Positions 25,434 through 33,638 of a stretch of DNA of 64,000 bases are shown in pieces (positions within the stretch are counted from its first letter, which is position 1; the number at the start of each line of letters is the position of its first letter). The DNA is taken from contig JADFNM010000001.1 of the NCBI GenBank assembly GCA_022563395.1, positions 398,342-462,341 on the forward strand, in the 5' to 3' direction. The notes below the pieces were generated by a model. That model saw nothing but the letters and a program-made list of their open reading frames with translations, did not search any database and had not been told where the DNA came from. The stretch is from Patescibacteria group bacterium. GTDB lineage: Bacteria; Patescibacteriota; Minisyncoccia; Minisyncoccales; UBA10102. Made by a program: the position numbers and the translations under genes.

Positions 25434-26993
25434 TCAACTTCTGTGTTTTGGAGTTACCCAAAAACCAAGGTATTTTCCCAACATCCATCTGGTTTGTGCT
25501 TCCAAAGCAGGGAGCGCCATGAGAAAAATCATGGACAGGGGAAGCAAGATCCACTGGGCAACAAACCAAAAGGCTTTCATCTTGCCAAAGCTCGGCTTTC
25601 GCTTTGGCAGCAGGTACAAGCTCAAGACTCCAGTTCCAATCAGTCCAAGCATGGAAAAGGTGAGCATATTGCTCACAAACCGGGGGAGGTTGTAAGAAAG
25701 TAGAGTTTCAGAAAAAGCGTCTCCTCCCAGCATCAAGGGCAACCAGCCTAAGACAAAGATGAGAAGGGGGGCTGTTGCCCAAGTCCAGTGGCTTTCCAGC
25801 AGCTCAACTCCCAGGGTCAGCTTTCTTCCCAGGGGGATGGTTTTGTCTTTTAAAAACCCAAAAAACACGTATGCTATTTCTCCTACTCCATAGGCCCATC
25901 TTCGGTGCTGCAGATAGATGTTTTTTAGCGTAGTCCACAAACTTTTTGCTGCATTGGCATCCATGGACACAGGGTAATACAAAGACTGCACCTTGTAGTT
26001 TCCCTGATACCTAAAAAAACACTGCCAAAAGATATGTGAGTCGTCATTCACCACGTTGGGGGCACGGAAGTTCACATCCACCAGTGCCTGAAATGACATT
26101 GCATGGGAAGAAAAGGTAATGAGTTTTTCTGGACGCTGTTGGTTCATGGTGTGCCAGAAGGTAGAAGAAAAGGCAAATACTCTTGAAATGGGGGGCGCCT
26201 GCCAAATGTTGTTTAAGTACAAAGGGATTGGCTGAAAGCTGGTGCGGGTTGCATCCGGGGTCGTCAAGTAATACCAAGAAAGGCAGGAGAAATACTGAGG
26301 GTACACCACGGTGTCAGCATCTAAGGAAGAAATGATGATATTTTGATAGGAAATCTTTAATTCGTCAAAATACTCTCTTGCCTTTTTTGCAGCAAACGAT
26401 TCGTTGGAACCTTTTCCGGCTATCTCTCCTTCAATGTTGTCTGGGTGCTCGGTAACCAAAAACTTTGAAAACACACCCCCAAACTCCATCTCAAGAATCG
26501 CTGCCTTCTCTTTTGCGACCTCTCCTTCTCTTTGTTCAATGCCGAGTATCACAACCATTCTGTCTTTTGGATACGAACTGTCTTTCAATGCTTGAAAGGT
26601 AGAACGCAGCACCTCTAAGGGTTCCTTGTATGTTGAAACAACAACAAGGTGCCACAGGTCTTTGAAGGAAGAAACGGGAAGCTGGTACTCTGCCTTTTGC
26701 AAGTTCTTAAGTTCCACAATCCAGTCTTTCTTCTCATTTACTCGCATATGTTGATACCCGGTCCACAAATGAAAGGCGAAGTACAGAGTACGAAGCAAGA
26801 GATAGATTACGAACGCAATCATAAAGAAAGCCACCCAGACTGGCTGCAGCCAGGAAAAGAGAATGGCAAGCGCAAAGGTTCCCCAAGCAAGAATACCCGG
26901 GAGCATTTCTAAGAACCGGTAGAGTCGCCGCTCCACTGTGTTCTTAAGGTCGCCTGCCCTGCCTACATGGGAATAGTTTTCTGGAAGAGACAT
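25434..26993 (-). CDS. processive family-2 glycosyltransferase, membrane-embedded (CesA/Chs-like D,D,D,QxxRW)
   Basis: SLDADT and LQHRRWAYG (QxxRW) with flanking TM helices. The start is trimmed to MSLPENY (26993) because the upstream part of the track ORF is tRNA-Glu. Confidence 0.65.
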   Translation of the reverse strand: MSLPENYSHVGRAGDLKNTVERRLYRFLEMLPGILAWGTFALAILFSWLQPVWVAFFMIAFVIYLLLRTLYFAFHLWTGYQHMRVNEKKDWIVELKNLQKAEYQLPVSSFKDLWHLVVVSTYKEPLEVLRSTFQALKDSSYPKDRMVVILGIEQREGEVAKEKAAILEMEFGGVFSKFLVTEHPDNIEGEIAGKGSNESFAAKKAREYFDELKISYQNIIISSLDADTVVYPQYFSCLSWYYLTTPDATRTSFQPIPLYLNNIWQAPPISRVFAFSSTFWHTMNQQRPEKLITFSSHAMSFQALVDVNFRAPNVVNDDSHIFWQCFFRYQGNYKVQSLYYPVSMDANAAKSLWTTLKNIYLQHRRWAYGVGEIAYVFFGFLKDKTIPLGRKLTLGVELLESHWTWATAPLLIFVLGWLPLMLGGDAFSETLLSYNLPRFVSNMLTFSMLGLIGTGVLSLYLLPKRKPSFGKMKAFWFVAQWILLPLSMIFLMALPALEAQTRWMLGKYLGFWVTPKHRS

Positions 26994-27002
26994 AAAATAA
27001 GG

Positions 27003-27074
27003 TGGCCCCAACGGGAATCGAACCCGTGTTACCACATTGAAAGCGTGGTGTCCTAGCCGTTAGACGATGGGGCC
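27003..27074 (-). tRNA. tRNA-Glu(TTC)
   Basis: GGCCCCATCGTCTAACGG.., anticodon arm CCACG-CTTTCAA-TGTGG, T-loop TTCGATT. Confidence 0.9.
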
Positions 27075-27136
27075 AAATCGGGTTAATATTACCTTAAAAA
27101 TTGCAAAAAATCAACCCTCTGTTATGCTTTCAATGT

Positions 27137-28249
27137 ATGACTATTCTCGGCATTGAAACCTCGTGCGACGACACAGGCATTGCAATAGTTGAAGGCAAGG
27201 GCCTGCCCGCGCAGGCAGGAAAAACCTGGCCCCGCTTTCGTATTCTTTCTAACGTTGTTGCCTCTCAAATAGAGGTACACAAAAAGTATGGAGGAGTGTA
27301 TCCCAACCTGGCAAAACGCGAGCATATCGTGAATCTTCCCGTTGTTCTCAAAGCAGCGTTGAGAAAAGCAAAGCTCCAAAAAAAGAATCTCAAGATTGAT
27401 GCTGTGGCTGTAACCTACGGCCCGGGCCTTTCTCCTTGCTTGTGGACTGGTATTAACTTTGCAAAAGAACTGGCTAAAAAATATAGCGTTCCTTTAATCC
27501 CCGTTGACCATATGGAAGGGCATCTCTTGGTTGGTCTATTCACCGGTTTGCCTAAACGAGATTTAGGCAAGATCTTTCCTGCTGTCGTTCTCTTGGTGTC
27601 GGGAGGACACACTCAGCTCTTGCTCATGAAAGGAATGGGGAAATATGAGCTGTTGGGAGAAACCAGGGATGATGCAGCAGGAGAGGCCTTTGACAAGACC
27701 GCAAGAATTCTCGGGCTTCCTTACCCCGGCGGACCCGCCGTCGCCGCTGCAGCGGCTCTGGCGGGCAAGCCCGCCATTGCAAAACTCGCAGCCATGCCTA
27801 AATCTCGTTTAGGCATTAACCTCCCAAGGCCAATGATATACACCAAGGATCTTGACTTTAGCTTTTCTGGCTTGAAAACCGCGGTACTATATGACTATCA
27901 GAAAAGAACAAAGAAAGTGCGGGAGTCCAAAGAATATGTACGCAAAATGGCACAAGAAATTCAGCAGGCAATCATTGATGTCTTGCTCAAAAAAACACTG
28001 AGGGCTGCAAAGCAATACAACGCAAAGAGTATTATCCTGGGGGGAGGAGTTTCTGCAAATGAAGAGTTACGAAAACAGCTTAAAGAAGCGGCAGGCAAAG
28101 AAAAGATAGCGCTCTTCCTTCCAAAGAAATCATTGGCAACGGACAATGGGGTGATGCCGGCTTTTGTGGGATACTTTCTCCTTGTCAAAAAGAGGTATAC
28201 AAAAGACCCCGAGTCTATTGCCGCAGACCCCAATCTGCGCTTACAATAG
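27137..28249 (+). CDS. tsaD: tRNA N6-adenosine threonylcarbamoyltransferase TsaD (Kae1/Qri7 family)
   Basis: ILGIETSCDDTGIAIV, HMEGHL, LLVSGGHTQL and DDAAGEAFDKTARILGLPYPGGP. The ATG at 27137 is preferred over the TTG at 27101. Confidence 0.9.
   Translation: MTILGIETSCDDTGIAIVEGKGLPAQAGKTWPRFRILSNVVASQIEVHKKYGGVYPNLAKREHIVNLPVVLKAALRKAKLQKKNLKIDAVAVTYGPGLSPCLWTGINFAKELAKKYSVPLIPVDHMEGHLLVGLFTGLPKRDLGKIFPAVVLLVSGGHTQLLLMKGMGKYELLGETRDDAAGEAFDKTARILGLPYPGGPAVAAAAALAGKPAIAKLAAMPKSRLGINLPRPMIYTKDLDFSFSGLKTAVLYDYQKRTKKVRESKEYVRKMAQEIQQAIIDVLLKKTLRAAKQYNAKSIILGGGVSANEELRKQLKEAAGKEKIALFLPKKSLATDNGVMPAFVGYFLLVKKRYTKDPESIAADPNLRLQ
27202..27219. repeat. GC palindrome CCTGCCCGCGCAGGCAGG inside tsaD (encodes LPAQAG)
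   Basis: One mismatch from the intergenic copies at 10728 and 11797. It lies in a segment absent from E. coli TsaD as I recall that sequence. Confidence 0.75.
27550..27568. repeat. AT palindrome GCCTAAACGAGATTTAGGC inside tsaD (encodes LPKRDLG)
   Basis: The core is identical to the intergenic copies at 30601-30617 and 11682-11699. Confidence 0.8.
27728..27814. repeat. train of four palindromes inside tsaD (GGCGGACCCGCC; GCCGCTGCAGCGGC; GGCGGGCAAGCCCGCC; GCCTAAATCTCGTTTAGGC)
   Basis: It encodes GGPAVAAAAALAGKPAIAKLAAMPKSRLG, a loop about 13 aa longer than in E. coli TsaD. Confidence 0.75.
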
Positions 28250-28258
28250 ATGAATAGT

Positions 28259-28295
28259 TCCTTAGTCTAGCTAAGGAATTTTTAGCTAGACTAAG
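28259..28295. repeat. paired palindromes CCTTAGTCTAGCTAAGG-aattt-TTAGCTAGACTAAGG
   Basis: Variant of the AT-type family, between tsaD and valS. Confidence 0.75.
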
Positions 28296-28312
28296 GATGT
28301 ACAAGGATAACT

Positions 28313-30580
28313 ATGAACGAGTTGCCAAAAGCATACAACCCCCAAAAGACGGAAGACAAAATCTATCAACTCTGGGAAAAGAGCGGCTTTTTTAATCCAG
28401 ATGTTCTTACCAAAAAGAGGGTGGCAAAGAAAACTGCCAAACCATTTTCCATTGTTCTTCCTCCTCCAAACGTGACGGGAACCCTGCACATGGGGCACGC
28501 TGCCATGCTGGCGGTGGAAGATATCCTTATTCGCTACCACCGAATGAAAGGGGAGAAGACGCTTTGGCTGCCCGGAACCGACCATGCTGCCATTGCAACA
28601 GAATCCAAGGTAGAACAAACCCTTTTGAAAAAAGAAGGAAAGACCAAACACGACCTAGGCAGGGAAAAGTTTCTCAAGCTTGTGTATCAGTTTGCAAAAG
28701 AAAGCCACGACGCCATTGTACACCAGGTAAAAAAGATGGGGGCTTCTTTGGACTGGAGCCGTGAGGCCTATACCCTGGACGAAAAGCGGAGCCTGGCTGT
28801 GAGAACTGCCTTTGAGAGAATGTATAAAGAAGGTTTAATCTATCGCGGTGAGCGCATTGTGAACTGGGATCCCAAGATGCAGACCACCGTGTCAGATGAT
28901 GAGATTGAGTGGAAAGAAGAACAAGCCCCCTTTTACTACTTGAAATACGGGCCCTTTACCATTGGTACTGCCCGTCCTGAAACCAAGTTTGGAGACAAGT
29001 ATGTGGTCATGCACCCAAAAGACAAGAGGTACAAAAAGTACAAACAGAGAGACAAAATTGAGCTTGAGTGGATACGGGGGAAAATTACTGCAACCATCAT
29101 CAAAGATAGCTCCATTGACATGAACTTTGGAACCGGAGTCATGACCATTACTCCCTGGCACGACAGAGCCGACTTTGAGATAGCTCTGCGTCACAACCTA
29201 GACAAAGAACAAATCATTGATCTGAAGGGAAAACTCCTGCCTATTGCGGGGGAATTTACAGGCCAGCACATTACAAAAGCCCGTCCCTTGATTGTAGAGA
29301 AGCTCCAAAAGAAAGGGCTCTTAGAAAAAGTGGATAAGAATTACACCCACCGCATTGCAACCAATTCCAGGGGGGGAGGCATTATTGAACCCCAAATTAT
29401 GCGCCAGTGGTTTGTGGATGTAAAGAAAGAGTTTCCGTTTCCGCATGCAGGACTTAAGGGAATAAAGAAGGGACAGAATACCACGTTAAAGAAGCTCATG
29501 CTTCATGTGGTGAAAACAAAACAAATTGAGATTCTTCCCAAACGCTTTGAGAAAATCTACTTTCACTGGATTGAAAACCTCCGCGACTGGTGTATTTCCC
29601 GCCAGATATGGTTTGGGCATCAGATCCCAGTCTGGTACAAGGGTAAAGAAACCTATGTGGGAATACAGGCTCCCAGAGGGAAGGGCCCCGCCTTCGCCAA
29701 TGCTACGGCAGGCACGTGGAAGCAGGATCCCGACACCTTAGATACCTGGTTTTCCTCTGGTCTGTGGACGTTCTCTACCTTGGGCTGGCCCCACTTCGCG
29801 CAAAGCGCTACGCGGGGCAAGCCCGGACCAGAAAACGACCTTGCTAATTATCATCCTACTTCGGTTCTGGAAACAGGGTATGACATCTTGTTTTTCTGGG
29901 TAGCAAGAATGATTTTAATGAGCACCTACCTCGTGGGCAAAGTTCCTTTTCGCACCGTATACCTGCACGGTTTGGTAAGAGATGAAAAAGGTAGAAAGAT
30001 GTCAAAGTCGCTGGGCAACGTCATTGATCCTTTAACCATGGTAGAAAAGTACGGGGCTGACGCAACCAGACTGTCTTTGATTATTGGAGCTGGTCCCGGA
30101 AACGATATCAAGCTGTCTGAAGACCGCGTTAAAGGATACCGCAACTTTGCAAACAAACTTTGGAACATTGCAAGGTTCGTTCAAATCAACACCAAAGACT
30201 ACCCTTTAACTTCGCTCGGGGCAGGCAAAGGAAAGGCAAAACCTAAACTCTCAGCCAAAGATAGAAAGATTCTCTCTGACTTTGAGAAAACCAAAAAGCA
30301 GGTGACTAAACTTATTGAGGAATACCGCCTTTCGCAAGCCGCGGAAACCTTGTATCACTATGCCTGGCACACGTTTGCTGACAAGGTGCTGGAGGATTCA
30401 AAGAAGGTGCTGGCGCAAAAGAACCAAAGGGCTGGAAGACAAAGAGTGCTGCTTTCCATTCTCCGAGAGCTCTTGTCTCTTCTCCATCCCTTCACTCCTT
30501 TTGTCACAGAAGAACTGTATCAGCAGCTTCCCTTAAAAGATAAAAAGAAAACTTTGCTGATAGAGCAATGGCCTGTGTAA
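28313..30580 (+). CDS. valS: valine--tRNA ligase (short form)
   Basis: PPPNVTGTLHMGHA (HIGH), KMSKSLGN (KMSKS), an editing domain and the WCISRQ motif. Confidence 0.9.
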   Translation: MNELPKAYNPQKTEDKIYQLWEKSGFFNPDVLTKKRVAKKTAKPFSIVLPPPNVTGTLHMGHAAMLAVEDILIRYHRMKGEKTLWLPGTDHAAIATESKVEQTLLKKEGKTKHDLGREKFLKLVYQFAKESHDAIVHQVKKMGASLDWSREAYTLDEKRSLAVRTAFERMYKEGLIYRGERIVNWDPKMQTTVSDDEIEWKEEQAPFYYLKYGPFTIGTARPETKFGDKYVVMHPKDKRYKKYKQRDKIELEWIRGKITATIIKDSSIDMNFGTGVMTITPWHDRADFEIALRHNLDKEQIIDLKGKLLPIAGEFTGQHITKARPLIVEKLQKKGLLEKVDKNYTHRIATNSRGGGIIEPQIMRQWFVDVKKEFPFPHAGLKGIKKGQNTTLKKLMLHVVKTKQIEILPKRFEKIYFHWIENLRDWCISRQIWFGHQIPVWYKGKETYVGIQAPRGKGPAFANATAGTWKQDPDTLDTWFSSGLWTFSTLGWPHFAQSATRGKPGPENDLANYHPTSVLETGYDILFFWVARMILMSTYLVGKVPFRTVYLHGLVRDEKGRKMSKSLGNVIDPLTMVEKYGADATRLSLIIGAGPGNDIKLSEDRVKGYRNFANKLWNIARFVQINTKDYPLTSLGAGKGKAKPKLSAKDRKILSDFEKTKKQVTKLIEEYRLSQAAETLYHYAWHTFADKVLEDSKKVLAQKNQRAGRQRVLLSILRELLSLLHPFTPFVTEELYQQLPLKDKKKTLLIEQWPV
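29685..29714. repeat. GC-rich element CCGCCTTCGCCAATGCTACGGCAGGC inside valS (encodes PAFANATAG)
   Basis: It shares CCTTCGCC..A(A/T)GCTACGGC with the tRNA-flanking elements at 48302-48401 and 57732-57790. Confidence 0.7.
29789..29826. repeat. GC-rich element ..CTTCGCGCAAAGCGCTACGCGGGGCAAGCCCGG inside valS (encodes HFAQSATRGKPG)
   Basis: Same word structure (CTTCGC..AAAGC..CTACG). It sits in the loop before the YHPTSVLETGYDILFFW core. Confidence 0.65.
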
Positions 30581-30617
30581 CTAAATCTCGTTTAGGAGCT
30601 CCTAAACGAGATTTAAG
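30579..30617. repeat. paired AT palindromes CTAAATCTCGTTTAGG-agct-CCTAAACGAGATTTAAG (itself a 37-bp palindrome)
   Basis: It begins at the valS stop codon. Confidence 0.85.
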
Positions 30618-30623
30618 CGGACT

Positions 30624-31328
30624 ATGAATTATCCGCTGTTTCTCTTCTTTGGTTTTGTTCCCAGTATAATCTGGCTTGCCTTTTATTTGAGAAAAGATTC
30701 CCACCCAGAGCCCAATTCCGTTATTCGAAAGGTGTTTTTCTGGGGAATGCTGGCAACGCTTCCTGCCATTGCCCTGGAACTTACCTTGCGCTCCTTATTC
30801 TCATTTCTTCCTTTCTCAGAAGGAGTCATCCTGATTTTGTACATCTTCTTGGGAGTGGCCTTGGTAGAAGAAGTGCTTAAGTTCCTGGTGGTGCGCTTTT
30901 CTGTGTATGCAAACCCAGCTTTAGACGAACCCGTGGACGTCATGCTCTACATGATAATAGCTGCTCTTGGGTTTGCTGCCTTTGAAAACATCTTAATCTT
31001 GTTTGGATTGGGGCCTACGTCCCCTGTCTCCAACATTGTGGCCTTAACCTTGGTACGCCTGGTGGGAGCCACTTTTCTGCATGCCTTGACTTCTGGAACC
31101 TTTGGATACTTTCTCGCCCGTTCCTTCTTTGACCAAAAAAGGAAGTATTGGTACGTGGCAGCTGGCCTCTTTTTGGCAACCCTCTTGCATGGCTTCTTCA
31201 ACTTCTATATACTAGAGGCAGATGGGATTCAAAAGCTCCTCTTCCCAGCCATTATCTTGCTGGGATTGGCAGTTTTTGTATCATTGGCTTTTCGACAGCT
31301 AAAAAAGATAACGAAACTACAAATGTAA
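30624..31328 (+). CDS. prsW: PrsW-family intramembrane protease
   Basis: 234 aa and polytopic, with EEVLKF (EExxK), FENIL and HALTSGTFGYF motifs. Confidence 0.75.
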   Translation: MNYPLFLFFGFVPSIIWLAFYLRKDSHPEPNSVIRKVFFWGMLATLPAIALELTLRSLFSFLPFSEGVILILYIFLGVALVEEVLKFLVVRFSVYANPALDEPVDVMLYMIIAALGFAAFENILILFGLGPTSPVSNIVALTLVRLVGATFLHALTSGTFGYFLARSFFDQKRKYWYVAAGLFLATLLHGFFNFYILEADGIQKLLFPAIILLGLAVFVSLAFRQLKKITKLQM

Positions 31329-31329
31329 C

Positions 31330-31917
31330 ATGCCTTCGTTTTTTGAAAAGTTAAGAAACAGCATGGGCATTGAAGAGAAAGAATTGGACGAGAAGGAGCT
31401 TAAGGAAGAAGAGCGGCCCAAGCAGAAGTCGCCTCAACAGCAATCCGCCGGCGAGGAGGAAAAGAAAAAGGATACTGAAGAAAAGAAGATACAGGTGAAA
31501 TCCTCAAAGTCCTCCGGAGGCGGACCCGCCTCTGGCGGGAAAGAAGATGTGGCTCCCTCAAAAGAGGAAGCCCCTGACTGGTTTGAGCCAGAAGGTGAGT
31601 TGGCTGTTGATGTATACCAGACGGATGATGAAATCGTTATTCAGTCAACCATTGCAGGGGTGAAGCCAGAGGATCTGGACATTTCCATTGAAAACGACAC
31701 CGTTAGCATTTCAGGGGAGCGAAGGAACGTTGTTGAAGACAAAGGTAAGAACTACTTTTACCAAGAGTGCTTCTGGGGAGCTTTTTTAAGGGAGATTATC
31801 CTGCCAGAAGAGGTAGACGGAGAAAGGGCAGAAGCTGTCATGAAAGACGGGGTATTTACCCTGCGCATTCCAAAGATTGAACGCCAGAAAGTAAAAAAGG
31901 TGAAGGTGAGAGGATAA
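31330..31917 (+). CDS. Hsp20/alpha-crystallin small heat-shock protein with low-complexity N-terminal extension
   Basis: The C-terminus reads LAVDVYQTDDEIVIQSTIAGVKPEDLDISIENDTVSISGER..DGVFTLRIPK. The N-terminal K/E-rich region includes palindromes CCTCCGGAGG and CCCGCCTCTGGCGGG (31511-31539). Confidence 0.85.
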   Translation: MPSFFEKLRNSMGIEEKELDEKELKEEERPKQKSPQQQSAGEEEKKKDTEEKKIQVKSSKSSGGGPASGGKEDVAPSKEEAPDWFEPEGELAVDVYQTDDEIVIQSTIAGVKPEDLDISIENDTVSISGERRNVVEDKGKNYFYQECFWGAFLREIILPEEVDGERAEAVMKDGVFTLRIPKIERQKVKKVKVRG

Positions 31918-31918
31918 A

Positions 31919-31952
31919 GCAAAAGGGGGGTCTGACCCCCCTTTTGCTTTGT
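31919..31952. terminator. bidirectional terminator GCAAAAGGGGGGTC-tga-CCCCCCTTTTGC
   Basis: A perfect long stem directly after the hsp20 stop, with T runs on both strands. Confidence 0.75.
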
Positions 31953-31968
31953 GACCCCCCTTTTGCTT

Positions 31969-32038
31969 TGGTGCGCCCGGGAGGATTCGCCCTATGATAA
32001 ACATAGGGCGCCCCGTGTTCATCACGGGGCGAACCTCA
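31969..32038 (-). ncRNA. twin-hairpin element, copy 2 (candidate structured RNA), 8 nt after tRNA-Leu(TAG)
   Basis: The minus strand reads GAGGTTCGCC[CCGTG-ATGAA-CACGG]GGCGCC[CTATG-TTTAT-CATAG]GGCGAATCCTC-CCGGGCGC-ACCA. Confidence 0.4.
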
Positions 32039-32045
32039 TGTGATG

Positions 32046-32127
32046 TGGGCAGGGTGGGAGTTGAACCCACAAGCCTTGCGGCGCTAGCTCCTAAAGCTAG
32101 TGCGTTTGCCAGTTTCGCCACCTGCCC
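32046..32127 (-). tRNA. tRNA-Leu(TAG)
   Basis: Acceptor GGGCAGG/CCTGCCC, anticodon arm CTAGC-TTTAGGA-GCTAG, long variable arm. Confidence 0.9.
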
Positions 32128-32149
32128 AGCGCTTTGAATATAGCTGAAA

Positions 32150-32187
32150 ATTGAGAGAAAAACAATACAGCGAGGGAATTCCCTCGC
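32150..32187 (-). terminator. terminator GCGAGGGAATTCCCTCGC + T-rich tail after the mini-pilin cluster
   Basis: 18-bp perfect palindrome at 32170-32187. The minus-strand tail is TGTATTGTTTTTCTCTC. Confidence 0.7.
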
Positions 32188-32218
32188 CATATTGTACTCC
32201 TTGTCTTAAAAAGAATAT

Positions 32219-32743
32219 TTACGTTACAATGCTCCGCAAGATAGCGGGGAATCCTGCTGCCATCAAAGCAATGGCAATGCCAATTAAGGCATAGATGAGC
32301 TTTTGTCTTGCACCCGAAACTTGTGCAGGATCCCCTCCTCCAGTCACAAACTGGAAGGCAGCCAAGACAATGTAGATTAAAGATATTGCCAGAAACACGG
32401 CAAAGACCCAGTTGGCAATGATTTGAATACGAGCAAGTATTGCGCCACCAGATTGTGGCACTTCACTCTCTGTTCCAAGACGGAAATTAGCTGGGGGAAT
32501 TTCGCCCGTACCTGAATTACAATCAGCCTTTGTTGCGTACACGGCACTCTTTGAAGCTTTGCAATAATCGCCTGCTTTTGCAGCAACACCTCCACATTCG
32601 CAGTCCGCTGTAACCGCTGCCTCACAATTACCTCCACCTACTGTGCTACACTCCGCCGCAGCAAAAACTGTGGCTGGAGCCAATAAGATCAGTAAGAAAA
32701 CTGCAAGAAAGAAAGTGAGGCCAATAGTTTGTATTCTTTTCAT
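32219..32743 (-). CDS. TrbC/VirB2-like mini-pilin paralog 5 (signal peptide, Cys-rich ectodomain, two C-terminal TM helices)
   Basis: 174 aa. The C-terminus reads ANWVFAVFLAISLIYIVLAAFQFVTGGGDPAQVSGARQKLIYALIGIAIALMAAGFPAILRSIVT. Confidence 0.75.
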   Translation of the reverse strand: MKRIQTIGLTFFLAVFLLILLAPATVFAAAECSTVGGGNCEAAVTADCECGGVAAKAGDYCKASKSAVYATKADCNSGTGEIPPANFRLGTESEVPQSGGAILARIQIIANWVFAVFLAISLIYIVLAAFQFVTGGGDPAQVSGARQKLIYALIGIAIALMAAGFPAILRSIVT

Positions 32744-32747
32744 AGCT

Positions 32748-33179
32748 TTACGTCACAATGCTTCGGAGAATCGCAGGGAAACCGGCAGCCATTAAGGCAA
32801 TGGCAATTCCTATGAGAGCGTAGATTAACTTTTGGCGAGCTCCTGACACCTGGGCAGGATCCCCTCCTCCAGTCACAAACTGGAAGGCAGCCAAGAGAAT
32901 GTAGATTAAAGATATTGCCAGGAATATGGCAAAGACCCAGTTTGCGATAAGACCGATACGGCCAAGAATTTCTGAACCTGAACTAGGTGCCTCTTCGGTG
33001 GTTCCAAGGCGAAAGCTGGTATCTGGTAGTTTGCTCTCATTAACACAAAGTCCGCCGCTACAAATGAAGCCAGTGCCGCACTCAGCGTTTGTGGTGCAAC
33101 TGTCTCCCTCTACAGCAAACACAGCAACTGGAGAGAAAATGAGCACAAAAAGGAAGATTATTCCCAAAAGTATTTTCAT
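32748..33179 (-). CDS. TrbC/VirB2-like mini-pilin paralog 4
   Basis: 143 aa. The last 47 aa are identical to paralog 5, but the codons differ. Confidence 0.75.
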   Translation of the reverse strand: MKILLGIIFLFVLIFSPVAVFAVEGDSCTTNAECGTGFICSGGLCVNESKLPDTSFRLGTTEEAPSSGSEILGRIGLIANWVFAIFLAISLIYILLAAFQFVTGGGDPAQVSGARQKLIYALIGIAIALMAAGFPAILRSIVT

Positions 33180-33212
33180 ACTATTGCCAAATATGCGTTC
33201 AAACTCGGCCTC

Positions 33213-33632
33213 TTAGGTTAATATACTTCTTAGCACATCATCTACCCCGTTGGCAAGGAGGGCAAGCCCAATGCCAATAATGGCATAGAGGAGACGCCTC
33301 TTGGCAGAAGAGACCTTTTCTGGGTTTCCCTCACCTGTTACGAACTCAAACGCCCCCCAAACGAGAAAGATAATAGAAATTGCAAGAAAGATGGCAAAAA
33401 CCCATTCTCCAACCCGTTGAATAATCTGTAGGACAGCTCCTGCCGTCTGGGGACCCTCTGGTAATTCTGCCAAGCACTCATTACTTATACTGCATGTCAA
33501 TCCAGAGTTACACGTTCCTCCGGGTCCGCACGGCTCTCCGAGTCCCTGTGCAAACACAGACCCTCCTGCCAGTACAAAAATAAGGAGGGCTGTTCCAATC
33601 CCAAAAAGTAAAATATACCTTGCGGGTTTCAT
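33213..33632 (-). CDS. TrbC/VirB2-like mini-pilin paralog 3
   Basis: 139 aa with GEWVFAIFLAISIIFLVWGAFEFVTGEGNPEKVSSAKRRLLYAIIGIGLALL. Confidence 0.7.
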   Translation of the reverse strand: MKPARYILLFGIGTALLIFVLAGGSVFAQGLGEPCGPGGTCNSGLTCSISNECLAELPEGPQTAGAVLQIIQRVGEWVFAIFLAISIIFLVWGAFEFVTGEGNPEKVSSAKRRLLYAIIGIGLALLANGVDDVLRSILT

Positions 33633-33638
33633 TAAGCT

